Shown: positions 1 to 13,030 of the stretch, one piece after another
Numbering within the stretch: position 1 is the first letter of the stretch
How the letters are laid out: each line of letters opens with the position of its first letter
NCBI GenBank assembly: GCA_010093705.1
Contig: MU006095.1
Location: forward strand, 496,001-560,000
Direction of reading: 5' to 3'
From: Patellaria atrata CBS 101060
Taxonomy: Eukaryota
Length of the DNA stretch: 64,000 nt
Notes under the pieces: generated by a model
Databases searched by the model: none
Told to the model about the DNA's origin: nothing
What the model saw: only the letters and a program-made list of their open reading frames with translations
Program-made: the position numbers and the translations under genes

Positions 1-697
1 ACAACCTCATCAAGTGCATGGACAAGGAACTCAAAGCGGACAAGTTCCGCACCGCGGTCCTCATGGCTCTGGAAGAGAAGCGACAGGATGAGCGGGATGT
101 GTATCCCGAAGAATATCGGAATCGAGATGTTCATACGCTGCACAATGCCGTCAAGTCGAGGGAAGGAGGCGAGAGCACAATGTTGCAAATAGTGATTACG
201 AGATCGGATGCGCATTTACGGGATATCTTGAAGAGATACGAGAGAGTTTTTCAGTCGAATTTCGCCAAGGACGCATTGAGGAAGAGTAATAATCTTGTGG
301 TATGTATACCCCCTATTCTAAATCATATTCTATCACCTGCTTACCCCGTCCCCAGGGCGAAGTCATAGCGCACATTCTTAACGGCATCATCAACAAACCC
401 GCCCGTGACGCAATGCTTCTTTACCACGCGCTCACTGACCTCATGGATACCCCTGCTCCTACCTCATCCGGCCGGTCTTCCAGCGATAAAGTCAGCTCCG
501 CTAAGCACGAGCGTCAGCAGAGGTACGAATTACTTATGTCCAGGTTGGTGAGATTGCATTGGGACAAGATCCACCTCATGAGGGTCAAGAATGAGTATAA
601 AGACAAGTATCGACGCTATTTGGAGGAAGATATTGAAGATGCGACCAGAGGTGACTTTCAGGAGTTTTGTTTGGCACTTTGTGAGGTGCAGCGGTAG
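1..697 (+). CDS. Annexin C4-like protein, 3' part (5' truncated by window); intron 300-355
   Basis: ORFs 18-368 and 302-697 join through GTATGT(300)...CCCAG(355) to read SNNLV|GEVIAHILNG. Annexin-like motifs include IVITRSDAHLRDILKRY, INKPARDAMLL, ELLMSRLVRLHW and LEEDIEDATRGDF. Confidence 0.75.
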
Positions 698-1012
698 CTT
701 GTGAACGACTAAGGCGGTTGTGTTAAGGATGAGATGGTGATATATGGGAGTGGAAGGTTCTATCCAAAGATGTGTTTCGCATATGGGCGGATGTTATTCT
801 CATCACTTCAATCCGTTTGGTTGAGTATATGTCCTCGCTTTTCAATTAGTATTATCGGGTTTCAGCATCGCATGTTCTTATCAGTCTCTATTCAACCCCC
901 TTCAGATTCACAGAAGATGTTGTAATTGGATGTAACACTCGTCCCATCCCCATCCATTCAACTCCAGATCCACCGAGCGTAATTCAAACCAGAGACCCAA
1001 GTACGAAACCCC

Positions 1013-1902
1013 TTACTCCCCAACCCAACCCTCTTCAGCGCCCCCAACAGCATCTGCATCCTTTTCGTCGCCACTTTCATCATACCTCTTCTCGTCCTCC
1101 TCTAGATCAACCTCCCCGTTCCAAGCACCCTCCTGCGCTTCCGGCATATCGTCCCAGCCGAGCGCGCCAATCCCAGCTTGCGGGATCCGAGCGCGGAGAG
1201 GTAAGTTAGGGGTGTTATGAGGGGGCCCGGCGGTGATGGTCTGGGCCTGATGAATTATCCTCACCACGCGCGCTTCGCTAGCGGGGAGAGCATTGGGTTT
1301 GACGCCTAGTCGTGCGGGTCCAGCATAAGCATGATATAAGCTTATGCTAAGAGGACCTTTTGGAGCAGGGCGCAGTTAGTAGAGACTCATATTGCTTCGC
1401 GGGTGGAGGTATTACCGGTATGTGTAGATTCCCTTCTACGGACAATACTCCCTTTATACCCGGGTCCGGGTCCGGGAGGTTGACAAGACTGCTTCGAAGT
1501 CTCTTGATACGATCCTCTGTTGTTATCGTAAGCTTCACTCTGGAATACATACAAAGACGCCACAGAAGTGAGAAATGTCCAGGAACGGGATATACAGTAC
1601 TCTTCCCCAGCCGACGCAATATCTCCCACAGCACGGAACGCCGCAGCATGAAACACCGCATCATACATATACCCCCCGTCGAGATAGTAGCTCACGCGAC
1701 CGGTGAGGCGTTCATGGTAGATCTCCCCCGTTGTGCCTTCGATGACGGGGCGGTAGGTGTGGCCGTTTTCGTAGAAGGGGATGCCGTTGTTGCGGAGGCT
1801 GCGGAAGCGGGGGTCGGGGTGGGATTTGTAACCTTCCCAGGGAGATGTTGGAGGTTCGTGTGTGCTTGATAAAGGGTTGGAGGGGTTAGAGTTGAGGGAC
1901 AT
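1013..1902 (-). CDS. Hypothetical protein, probable two-exon model (1902-1416, 1356-1013; ~276 aa) with acidic C-terminus
   Basis: A GTAATA donor at 1415, ACTAAC branch site and AAG acceptor at 1357 join ORF 1387-1902 in frame (phase 1) to the 1013-1267 ORF frame. A TATATAAA box lies on the minus strand at ~2088-2095. No family recognised. Confidence 0.45.
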
Positions 1903-3892
1903 TGGAGTGCTGGGGGGGTTAGTGGGAGGTGTGGGTTTGATGGGGTTGTGATGGAGTGTAGGAAGAAAGGGTTGTGGATGGTGGATTAAAGGGAAGTGAA
2001 TATGTGGAGGGCTTGGTGTTTGTTTGTGTTTGTATGTTGTAGAAGAGAATGAAAGAAGAGTGTTTAGTTCCGGGGCGGAGGAAGAGGTTTATATAGACCA
2101 CCGGACGAACTAGTTTGCCACAAATGTGGGCGTTTTGGGCTAGGTAAAGAAATGGTATAGGTATATTGGTGTAGATTAAGTACTACTTGCGCTTTATAAA
2201 ATTTTCTCTATAGATTACGCTTGTATAATGTTCTCAGTTTCACATCTGGGCTAAGACTGGAAGGTGTAGAATGGGATAGCTTGCAACCACATGTATAGTA
2301 AGCAGATCCCATGGTTATATACATGGAGGGAAAATTTAGGTACTTTTGATTCAATGCTCCTATGGTGCTGATTCTGTTCCCTTTCCCATTCAGCTTTGTG
2401 CTCATGGTTCGTTCTTCAGTTTGATTCATTCAAAACTTCAACTTAATTACATGGACATAGGTAAACACACCTTAGTATAGCAGAGAGTCTTTATCCGGCA
2501 GAAAGAACATCTGGCTTGCTACAATACAATCCACCAAACCCTCCCAATCTAGAGACTATATCCTTGAAAAAGTAGACATTGTTTGCATATGTTCAGCAAA
2601 CAACACCCCTATTCTCATTCGAAAGTTCTCCAAAACCAACTTTCACCCCATCCAGCCAGATGAACTACGCAAACCCACGTAAACCTCCCTCAATGAATCC
2701 GCCCAGAATCTCCAGAATTTCCCATGATATGATTCCCCCACCCCTTTCACTATATACCCCCTCTATCTCACGAATCATTCCTCTCCCGCTTACTTACTGG
2801 AGCAGTAACTGCTTTTGGCAAATGTTGGATATTGCACTCCGACCTCTTGAAATTGGACAGAGACTATAGTCTAGAAGAGAATCTTGTACTCAGTGTCATT
2901 AGAGTACCATATCGTGTAGCTAAGCGGGAGAACACGTTGGTGACCTGTGGCGGATGATATGTAACTCTGTGGTATGTATGGGTGTTTCATTGCTGCGTTT
3001 GAGACTAGGGTGTACGATTGTTGTGAGGTTGGAGGTGATTGTTGTAGTTGTGAATCGAGGAAGATGTTTGAGGAGCGAGTTTACTGTGGAGAGGTAAGGA
3101 GGAGGGTGTCTAGAGTGGGCATTATTGGTTTGGCAAAGGTTTTGTAATGGTGTCTAGGGTGCATGTTTTCCAGCCTGGTGATGAACCGCATCTTTTACGT
3201 ATAATCTTACCTAACTGCTGGAAGTGAAGGTGGGGATTGATAGCAAGAGACTATTCCAGGCGAAATTCGCGTTAGATCACGTCAGGAAACACTATTCTAA
3301 TAAGGAGAGAATCAGGAATTTGGTCATCATAATCTAAATCAGCTCCTTATTTCACCACATAAAAGTCATAGCAAGCATAATGGTAAAGTTATTGTATTCT
3401 AATAAATACACAGTAATGTATCGTATTTCGAACGGATATTAAAGGGGTCTAACACATCATGCAAAAGGATTTCAATAATAGCAAAATGAAATTGGGCAAA
3501 CAGGTCCAAACCGGGAAAAACAAAAGAAAACTACCATAATTTGTGATACAAAGCCATATAGAACCTGATTTAGGATGTGAGAGAAGCACTATCAGTACAA
3601 AATAGGGGGGAGGACAAAATAAATAAGGGGATCCATCCACCTAATTGTAGGTAGGATATCTAGTATCGGGAACGTACTGCGGAGCGTTAGGGGGATAGTA
3701 GAAATTGGCTAGTAGATATCAGTAATATGTACAACGAACAGATAAATCTTTCACATACCAGGAGCCCCAAAACCATGCTGGTCATTGTATGGCACGTTAT
3801 TCTTGTACGGTTCTGGAATCCCATACTGGATTCCGTATCCTATCCCAGCATAGTGAGGCTGGTAAATCTGTCCCTGAACCTAGTATCAACTA

Positions 3893-4648
3893 TCAGTATG
3901 TTTTGTGCACTAAAGGTAGACATTCTGTACTTACTGAACTGGCTCTCATATGGGGAGTATCCATTCTTCCGTAGGAACCCGAATGCATTCGCTGTGGTGC
4001 CATAGGATAGGCCCCATTATTCGGGTATATGAAGGCTCCATGAGGCATTGGGGTTTGGTATGGAGCCCCACAGACATTTAAGTCGCAGTGTTTGTTGAAT
4101 TGCTTCTTTGATGGGAAGCATTTCCCGCAGTTGTCGCAGCAAATCTCTGTTGATCGTGGAGGCCCAGGACGTTCAGACGGCTTAGTGATGTGGCTGGTCC
4201 CAGGTCGTTGGGGATGACTGTAATCCTCACGAACGTCCTTAACGGAGGCCTCGTTAGATGTGATGGCCGCCTTGCAGTTGTTCTTATGCGCATAAAGTCT
4301 ATCCCTGTCGTGGAAGATCATATCACAGTTCCAACATACGAGCCCACGGGCAAACCTGTGTTTGGCCCGCTTAGGTTGATCTTCCACCACACCTGCGATA
4401 TCATCATCGTTAGTGGAGTTGGCTTCTTCTACTCCTTCAGACATCTCCCAACCCCACTTGCTTCCGCGCTCCGGGATGTTTCTGGTTATGAGATAATCGC
4501 CAACCTCCCGCTCGGTTGCTCCATCCCACATATACTCATTGACGGACCTCTCGAATCCCATCTGTTGCTGAAGAAAGAAATACTCCTGCTCAGTTCCCGC
4601 AACTTTCTGAGGAGACGGATGGCTTTCCATGTCTGCGGTTGACGACAT
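3893..4648 (-). CDS. Zinc-finger protein (two C2HC-type fingers), ~251 aa
   Basis: Likely ATG at 4648 (MSSTADMES). Motifs CWNCDMIFHDRDRLYAHKNNC and CDNCGKCFPSKKQFNKHCDLNVC. Confidence 0.55.
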   Translation of the reverse strand: MSSTADMESHPSPQKVAGTEQEYFFLQQQMGFERSVNEYMWDGATEREVGDYLITRNIPERGSKWGWEMSEGVEEANSTNDDDIAGVVEDQPKRAKHRFARGLVCWNCDMIFHDRDRLYAHKNNCKAAITSNEASVKDVREDYSHPQRPGTSHITKPSERPGPPRSTEICCDNCGKCFPSKKQFNKHCDLNVCGAPYQTPMPHGAFIYPNNGAYPMAPQRMHSGSYGRMDTPHMRASSVSTECLPLVHKTY

Positions 4649-6073
4649 TGTTTTGATGCGTATGACAATAAGGGATGTAAAATTGTGCGAGTGTTGAGGA
4701 ACGATGTGGTGTGAATGTGATAACAACTTTATGAACGTAGACAAGAGTGATGGAAAAGAGTGTTTCGAGTGGGAGAAAGTATTTCCTGCGGCTTGCTTTA
4801 ATGGGGTTTGTCTTTGGCCAAGAAAAATAATTTTATACGCACACAATTACACGGTGCGGTAACGGGCAGGAACTATTCTCACCAGGTGGGATAAGCGAAT
4901 CTTGAAGGAACGCCTTAGGTGAAGTTTGTGCACATTCTTTTCGCTTGGTTAGACAAGTCAGACTTCAATCTTCATCGATACGGTAGGCCAAGGGGAGAGA
5001 ATACACCAGTAACACCACGATCTTTTCAGTTTGAGCCAGATCTTAAGTTACTAAGTGATTAATTATTCAGATACAGGCTAGTTATGAGACGAGGACTTGC
5101 TCAGTTAACAGGGAGATGACCCTCTCGTCCAGCCTTTTCAAGACTTTAGTGGATAGTTTACGGGGAAAAGGCCATTATTAGGATCAAGAGCTGTGTATTA
5201 TAAGCATTAATGTCTCTACTCTGAGGAAGCACCTTAGAGTATAGACTGTGAGAGAAGCCCTTGCGAAATGAATATCATGACACCGGCACTAGAGAAAGTA
5301 TAGCCCACTGTTGCAGACACGTCGGTGTAACCTTTGAATACTCATACCGCAATATACTAGACGCGCCAGTTCCAAAGGAATATAATCCTCCTCTCATAAT
5401 CGCATTGTGAAGGAAACAGGACGTCTTCACTTTACAGGGTATGACCGTATGAGCCAAGGCATCTGAACGTACTTCTCAGATCTTCCAACATCTAGCACTA
5501 TCAAAATGATTTCTTAAGGCGTCATCATCACCAGATTTATGGTCGAAAGAACCTAAAAGAAGTTGCAGAGAAAGCAGTGAAAGCGTCGATAAGGTTAGAT
5601 GGTAAGTTTTCGGTACCCCCTATAGAACTAGCGCTTTACTCTGTTGGGATGATGTGCTCAAAGCTTAAATTCACAGCATCTCAAATCAACAACCTCCTAA
5701 CAGGACAAAACTCTCCATTAAGCAACTCAATCCTAACTCCTTACACAATGACTAATGCGGAACACACCACCTGGAGATTGGCGAATGATGGTATGTGTCA
5801 AACACCTAGTGCGATTACCTGCGCTTTCTGATGCGTACTACCACTACCTGGATGGCATGACTCGGAGTTTCCATAACACTTGATCTCGTGGTTGGATCCA
5901 TCATGAATGTGGTTACGACAGTAAAACTATAGCTATATATTATATCAACCGAATTTGATATAAAGCGATAGCTCATATATGTAGAAAATGAGATTATACC
6001 AACAGAGATTACTAAGTGAAGTGCTTGTCGCTCCTGTGAACCTATCGTCTCCTAGTTCTTTCCAAAATCTAAC

Positions 6074-6800
6074 CATGGAAATACTTCGAGAGACATCTTA
6101 CTCACTCTCAGATCCCACTCATAATACATTCATCGGCTTAGCAAAGGACCGGAGAGATGACCGCCCCTTTGAAAACGGTGAATCTCTTATCCTACGCCTT
6201 TCCCTGGCTCTTCTCAGCGCTCTCTATCTCTTCGAGTATACTGTAACTTTAAATCCATGGATTGAGTACATGAAAATATGGTTAAGGAGAATAATAACGA
6301 GTGTGTCTTCAGATTCTATGGTTTGGACTGCGATGAGAATTATCCTTATGATCATACATGACGTCCCTGTCCCCAATCACCTTGCTCTCCCTATCCCCTT
6401 CAAAGATTTTCATCTATATATCGTACTTATACCTTCTCTTTAGCAGAGATTCTCACGTCCTCCCTTTATCCTTACCAAGAAACCAGTGGACAACTCCATC
6501 GTTGACTACGGTGTACGTATCATCCCCAAACTATCCATCCACGGCTACGACCCTACGATTACCCTCATACGATTAGAATTCGAACATTATTCTCCTACGG
6601 CTATAGCTCTACAATTACCGTCCTACATTTGTCGCCATACGCCTATCCTCCCCCTATACCTCCTCCTCCACCCCTTCCCATACCTCCTCCCACACCACCT
6701 CCTACACCACCGCCTACACCACCTCCAACTCCTCCTCCGACTCCTTCTCCCACGCCTCCTCTCACGCCTCCTCCTCTGGCTCCTCTACTAGCCGTATAAA
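6074..6800 (+). other. Possible fragmented or decayed gene ending in a Pro/Thr-rich (PPPT)n tract
   Basis: Protein-like segments in different frames (MEILRETSYSLSDP..., IVDYGVRIIPKLSIHGY...). About 6645-6800 reads PPPIPPPPPLPIPPPTPPPTPPPTPPPT...LAV* in a frame not listed in the ORF track. Confidence 0.3.
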
Positions 6801-7397
6801 CCACCCTCTTCCCTCCTTCTATCCCTCTCGGCCTCCCTGCTCCTGTGCACCCCTAACTCTCTCCCTCTCCTCCAAATACACCACCGATCCACCCCCTGCA
6901 ACGATGGCTGGATCTTCCTACCGGACAGAATACTGGACAGAGTTTGGATGAGAAGGACGACTCAAATACTCGTACAAGAACTTTGAGAGGAAAGGAGACG
7001 AAACACTTTGGAGGATCCCCTTAGCCGCCATACTATTAAGAGATTTGTGGCGTTGGAAATATAGGGGAAGGGGAGAGTTAAAGGGGTTGGATGGTACAAG
7101 GTTGAATTTGGGCTTATTACAGATTAGCGTTGTGAAATTGTGTAAGTTAGAGACTTACATAACATTGTGTGGGGACATTCGTCTGGTTTCAACCAAGGTG
7201 TATCAGTAGAGATCTGGTATTAAAAGCAGCATACACACTAGTCAAATTCTCAGGTCGTTAATCAGTTCTATAAGGGTCCCCCAGGTTAAGATTTCTATTT
7301 GACAAGGTAGAGACAGTATGTTCAAAGAAATCCCAAACAATACACAACTGTAAGAAGCAGATGGCGCCCAGCGCTCCACACAAATATCACGACATCT

Positions 7398-10300
7398 CTA
7401 CTCTTGCATTTCTTCCTCTTCCTCAACTTCTTCCCCATTCATGATCCTCCAAACAATCATCTCCCTCTTCCAATCCATCATCGCACCCGCCAACCAATCC
7501 TCAACCTCGTCCTTCTTCTCCTCCTCCACTTCTTCATCCAGCAAATCCTCACCATCTGTCATCTTTCTAACCTTCCTCCTCCACTGCCTGTGCCTCCCTC
7601 CACGATACCCAGTTCTCCCACTACTCGTACCACCACTCGCAAGTCTCTTAGCGACCTCATTCGCTTCAAACAGCGTGACCAACTTCCGCTTCTCGGGATG
7701 CCGTTTCGCAAATTCCTGCGCGGTCTCTAGGACTTTGGCGCGCTCAGTAGTCTTATCCTTTTCCTTGATGAAGTCTTCCGGTCGCTTGTTCACAAGGTCA
7801 CGAGACTGGGCGTAGTAGTGGCGGGTAGGGCCATGTTGTTCCATGCCGATGAAAGGCGGGTTAGCCGTGCGCTCCTTGATGATCTCGTCCTCTGCAACCT
7901 CGAGAGGTGTGCGGCCAGTTGCGCTTTCGCGGTGGAGGGTTTCGGGCCTGCTTTCGAGCATGGTCCTCAGGAGGCGGGGTGCGCGGAAGGAAATTGCTTG
8001 ATGAACCGGTGTATCTCCTGCGCCGTTGATGAGGTCTAGCTCTATGCCCTTGCTCGATTCGAGGACAGCACGGAGGATTTGAACCTTGGTGTCCGTGTCA
8101 TTGTTCCATGCTTGGTTCTGGTCATAGTAGTTGAGGGCTGAATTTGAGATATCAAGCCAATAAGCAAGCGGGGTTAGGGAACCAGGACTATTGCGCTCGG
8201 TAAACATGGAAACGAGCAAGGAAGGATCGATGAGGCTGAGCATTCGGGAGACAGACTCTGCACCTAAATCTGTACCTCGACTGAGGAGCCTGTGGACAAG
8301 GTTGTTTCCCTCGTAGTCACGGCAGCTCTGATTTGCACCAGCATCAATAAGAACTTTAGCGTAAGAATAGCGGCCAATAGAAAATGCAATTTGAAGAGGA
8401 GTGAGACCAGCGATGGACTTCGCGTTCAGGGAAGTAGGGACCGCTTTAATGATATATTTGAGCCGTTCAATTGATTCCATAGATGGCTGTGACATCACTA
8501 CACAATGTACAGAGAGATCAACTACAACGGTCAGCGACTTAAAATAATAGCGATAAACGAGAGCATGACTTACTGCGAGTTTCAAGCCACGAGTAAATTA
8601 TCTGCTCCAAATCGTTAGACGACTTCGCTAGGTTCTTGACTCGTTTGTCATCTTCGTGAGCTTTCGCAAACTCCGAATAACGGCGAAGGGGAGAATCACT
8701 AAGGAACCACTCTAATGTCTCTAGACTACCATTGAGCGCGCATTCAAGGGGCGGCGGATGAGTTTCAACGGTGCTTTCCGCTTGCATTCCGCGACCAGCA
8801 GCCGCCCAGTCTGCGCGTTTCTTGCCGTGAACGGAAAGACCTTGATAGTACTTGGGCTTTTCGTGAATTTCAATTCCACTCTTTTTGACCAAGTCTTGGA
8901 TTGGCATACCAGCGCCAGTACGCTTGATGATCTCAGCAAGTGAGCGAGTACTGCCCACGTTCATTGCAAAAGTAAAGACTGAACTACTGATGCTGTAAAT
9001 ACGTGACGCATCTGCGTCATCTGTGGATTGGCGAGCTGTATAGGTGGATCCAAGTTCGAGCAACAGAATAAGAAGTTCCATATCGTCTTTTTCGATAGCA
9101 AGCTCCAGTAAATTGCTAGCTGGTCTCCTTTTGTACCACACTGAGTGATTGTAATCCGGTTGAGTAGGACGAGTACCGAAAGTCCCACCCTGCGACCCTG
9201 GCGCTCGTCCTCCTAGAGACTTCTGACCGAGATAAAAGGGTTTAACAGGAGGACAAACCGAAGGATCATTGGCGAGAACTCCAAGTCCCCATGAAAGCAT
9301 CTCAAGGGGTGTAATAGTACTCTTAACCTGGGTGGCTACCTCACCAATGTTCTCGATAGTGAATTGGTCGTCGATAATTTCACTGTAGATAGGGATTTCG
9401 TCACTTGCAGAACTTGAAGCATCGCTGTCATCATCAGCATCGCTACGCATATCAAAACGTTCTCGTCCTGCGGGCTCAGGCTGCTGATATTGAGCATCCG
9501 AAATCTCCAGGATAGCTTTCGCTACATCGGTATGGCCTCGGAGCATGGTGATACTGAACGGGGATGATCCCCATCTGTCTTTGACAGCAATCTGGAGTGG
9601 AGATTGATCGTTATTGGGGCCCCATAGGGTCAGAGTTAGGGACTTGATCTTCTGAAGATCCCCTGACCAAGCAGCTTCAAACCTATGATCGACGTTAAGA
9701 TCACATTATTAAAAAAAAGATTCGAAAAGATACCCACAATTCAAGATACCCCTCTTTGCGCGTATCTGTCAAGTCAGATACATTAAAAGAGAAGTCTGTG
9801 TAATGTCTAACCGGCTTTGTCCTGTAATCCCGATAAGGGCGATCTGGATAATGATTTCCAATATTTTCTGGATGCAGCTCGGAAAAGGGTTTGGCTCCCT
9901 TTGCAAGAAGGATAGACTCGAGGGTTTCAAGTTCGCCTATAAGTTCAGAGATAGCATTCTTTTTCTCAGTGACCCCTTCCCTACTTTCCACATCCTTGAT
10001 CTCCTTTTCGTAGTACTTGATGTCTCTTTCATACGATCTCTTAGCAGCTTCCAGGTCACGTCTTGCAACGCAGTACTTGTATGTTCCGTCGGTGAGACCT
10101 TGTAGATAATGTTCATCATCTTCGAGTTCAAATGGCTTGAAAGAGCAAAGTCGTTCTCCTTTGTATTCCTTGAGCTTATGCAGCTTTGACTGAACGATAT
10201 CCAGTAAGGTTTCGCCGCTGTTGTATCCCCCTCCGTCCAAAAGAGCCCTTTGACCTTGTCTGTTGAGAGTATTTGGGTCGACTCCTTGATTCAATAACTC

Positions 10301-13030
10301 AAGAACAATATCGGTCAGATCAGCATCCAATGCAGTGACAATAGGTTGCTCCACTTCGCGCTTGAATGTATTCTTGTTCTGGTCCGGATTATTGCGATAC
10401 CTATCTTTGAACTGTGCGTCAAAGGATTTTATGAACGAATCGAAGTCGATGGTTGTTGAAGCACCAGCTTCAAGAAGTTTCAGTGCCGCTAAAGTGTTAC
10501 GGCACTGGATAGCACTCACAAGAGGACTTACTAGAACAGGTGAGTACTGGGAGCCACCCACGGAGAGATGATTCAACACTCTCTTTGCAGCGGGTTCATC
10601 ATGGGCGAATAACACATCGAGAGCTTCCGCGGAGGTTGCAGCATAATAGTGGAGTGCAGTGGTCTGGTGCATATCTGCTTGAGCAGAAGATGCTCCGAGC
10701 TCAAGAAGGGTGCGTGCCATTTCCTTTGCCCTCTCAATCGGTAGTTGCAGAGCCAGAGCAAGTGTTAGGATTGCGGCACGAGGACTCTTGTCGTGACTGT
10801 TGAGAAGTTTTACTGGTAACAGAACGTCTGCGCCGAATGTGGACACTAACTCCTTGACAACATCAATGTGGCCGTTAATGATAGCTAAGTGTAAAGGAGA
10901 GAGTGGATTGTCCCAAGCAAGTACGTTTACATCAAAAACGTCAGGTTCGTCTTCATCATTGTCATCGGGTAGGTTGTCGTTCTGCGACTTAGATTCATTG
11001 CGAACTTTGACGAATGATCCAGTCGCCATAGACTCAGCATCTCCATCTTCATCGTCTTCATCAGAACCGACAAGCTCCCCATCATCTTCTGAATCATCCT
11101 CTTTACCTTCCTTGACACCGGCAGTCTTGGATTCCTCTGTCTCGTCGGCAGTTGCATTTCCTTTCTCAGACTCAGTTTTTGCTTTCTTCCTCAGATCTTC
11201 CTTGACAGCCTCCGCCTCCTCGTTCTCTTCGCTCTTCTCTAAAATTGCTTTCACTATAGCCACATCACCCCGCGCAGAGGCAAGATGAAGAGAAGTACGG
11301 CCATCTGCTAGACGTGCAATAAGTCGTGCTCCGGCATTGATCAGTGCCTGAACGATCTCGAGGGAAGCCCCGCAGATAACAGCAAGATGCAGTGGGGTAC
11401 GTCCGGTGTAATCACGGCGATTGGGATCCGCGTTCTCAGATGCTAACCAGGCTTGTACATGCTCTAGATCGCCATCGACAATTGATTGGCACAATCGAGC
11501 AGTGTTACCGACGTAGCTCATCTCGGTCCAGTCATCATCGGTAATCGGATTGAATGAACCAATGGATTGACGGCCAGGATCATCCTTAAGAAAGTATACT
11601 TCACCTGAAACATATATCTTGCTCTCCTGTTCCGCCACCTCTTTCTCCTCGTCAGTGACCGGACTGGGGCAAAATAAGCAACAGTCATGAATGACATCTT
11701 CAACATTACCAAAGAATGCTGGATGGCGATGTAAATAGACCTCACGATCCTTTGGCTTGTTCCATTCTGCATTGAGCAGGAGATCCTTGGTATACAGCAA
11801 TTTCTCGATCTTTCGAGCATGGAACTTCTCACCATAAGGGATGGTAAAAGTATGATAATCAGAGACGTCTTCTTGATCAAGCCAATCTGCAACTTCAAGT
11901 TCATGGGCGTCTTTGATATTACCTCGGAGATTGCGGGAATATCTAGAGAAACGGTTGATAACTGGCCTCCCCCTCTCCATTCTTCTCTTATCCATGTAAG
12001 CTTCTCTCTCAGACGAGGTAGGTAGCTTTTCAAGGACTAACAGTCGAGCAAGACCTACTGTACGGGAGAAACTGCGTTCGAAAATCGTAGGGTCAATCCT
12101 TGAGCGGTCAAGATGAGGCCAGTAGATTTCAAACCCACGTTGTGAATACTTTGCAAGACGGTTCTCATAGGAGGGAGATCGACGTGTGAGGTCAATGGGA
12201 TTCACTTGCGTAATGTAGCTAGCAAGTGCTCTCGGCGAGACATATACTTGCTCCCCATCATAAGCCGCACCAGAACAATCAACATCGAAACCTGTAAGGA
12301 TTTCGGAGACAGATTTGTAAATTCGGAGCACAATTTGGACATGGCGTACAGGATATTGACTCGCAATAGTGATTGCGTGTTTCGTACGGACGGTTGTCGT
12401 TTCCTGCAAGATAGAGTCCTTGACCCTGGTTTCAATCTGCTTGATCTTCTCAATCGCTTCTTCCTCCGTGAGTCCATAAAGGAATAAATCGACATCTGAG
12501 GCGGGTGCGACTATTTCATGATAATACTGTCGAAGCGAGCGTTTGGACTCTCGATACTTCTCGGGCACTGGTATAAGAGGTGTGACAACGGAGGAACCGG
12601 CTGCAACGACATTGGACCAATCCATATCTACCAAACTTGACTCGGAGAACAGATTGAAATTGGTTTGGAATTCCTTGAAGCTCTCGATGATAGCAGGGAC
12701 ACCATTTGGCTTTCTGTCTTTCTGTTTTAGAGGCATGATATACTTTCCCTTCTCGGCTTGAGTATCAACGTCAATGTTTCGAGCTCGAATTTTGATTTCG
12801 GACTCGTATCCAACATATAATGAAAGGGTATTGATATGAGGATCAGACAAAGCTGGATGGTTGGGCTCCTGAGCGAAAAGCTCTCGCAGCTTCGTGTCGA
12901 ACTGCTTGTACGGTTCGAGTAATTCAGTCATAGGGGTATCAGGGTGTGAAGAAAGATAAGAAATGAAGTCCTTGTGTTTTGCAGGGACTGGAGGGAGAGG
13001 TGTAATCTTCTCTGAATCGTTGGAAGGCAT
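7398..13030 (-). CDS. Large ankyrin-repeat protein with N-terminal Pol-beta-superfamily nucleotidyltransferase-like domain; 3 exons (13030-9738, 9682-8574, 8521-7398), ~1841 aa
   Basis: Introns 9683-9737 (GTGGGT..TAG) and 8522-8573 (GTAAGT..TAG) join three long ORFs in frame. N-terminal motifs VVAAGSSV, SDVDLFLYG and FDVDCS. Ankyrin repeats GRTPLHLAV, GRTSLHLAS, LSPLHLAIINGH, GLTPLQIAF, GDTPVHQAI and GRTPLEVA. Confidence 0.9.

Noticed and set aside
1322..1348. 9-bp hairpin AGCATAAGC...GCTTATGCT
   Set aside because: Short enough to arise by chance and lies inside a probable exon.
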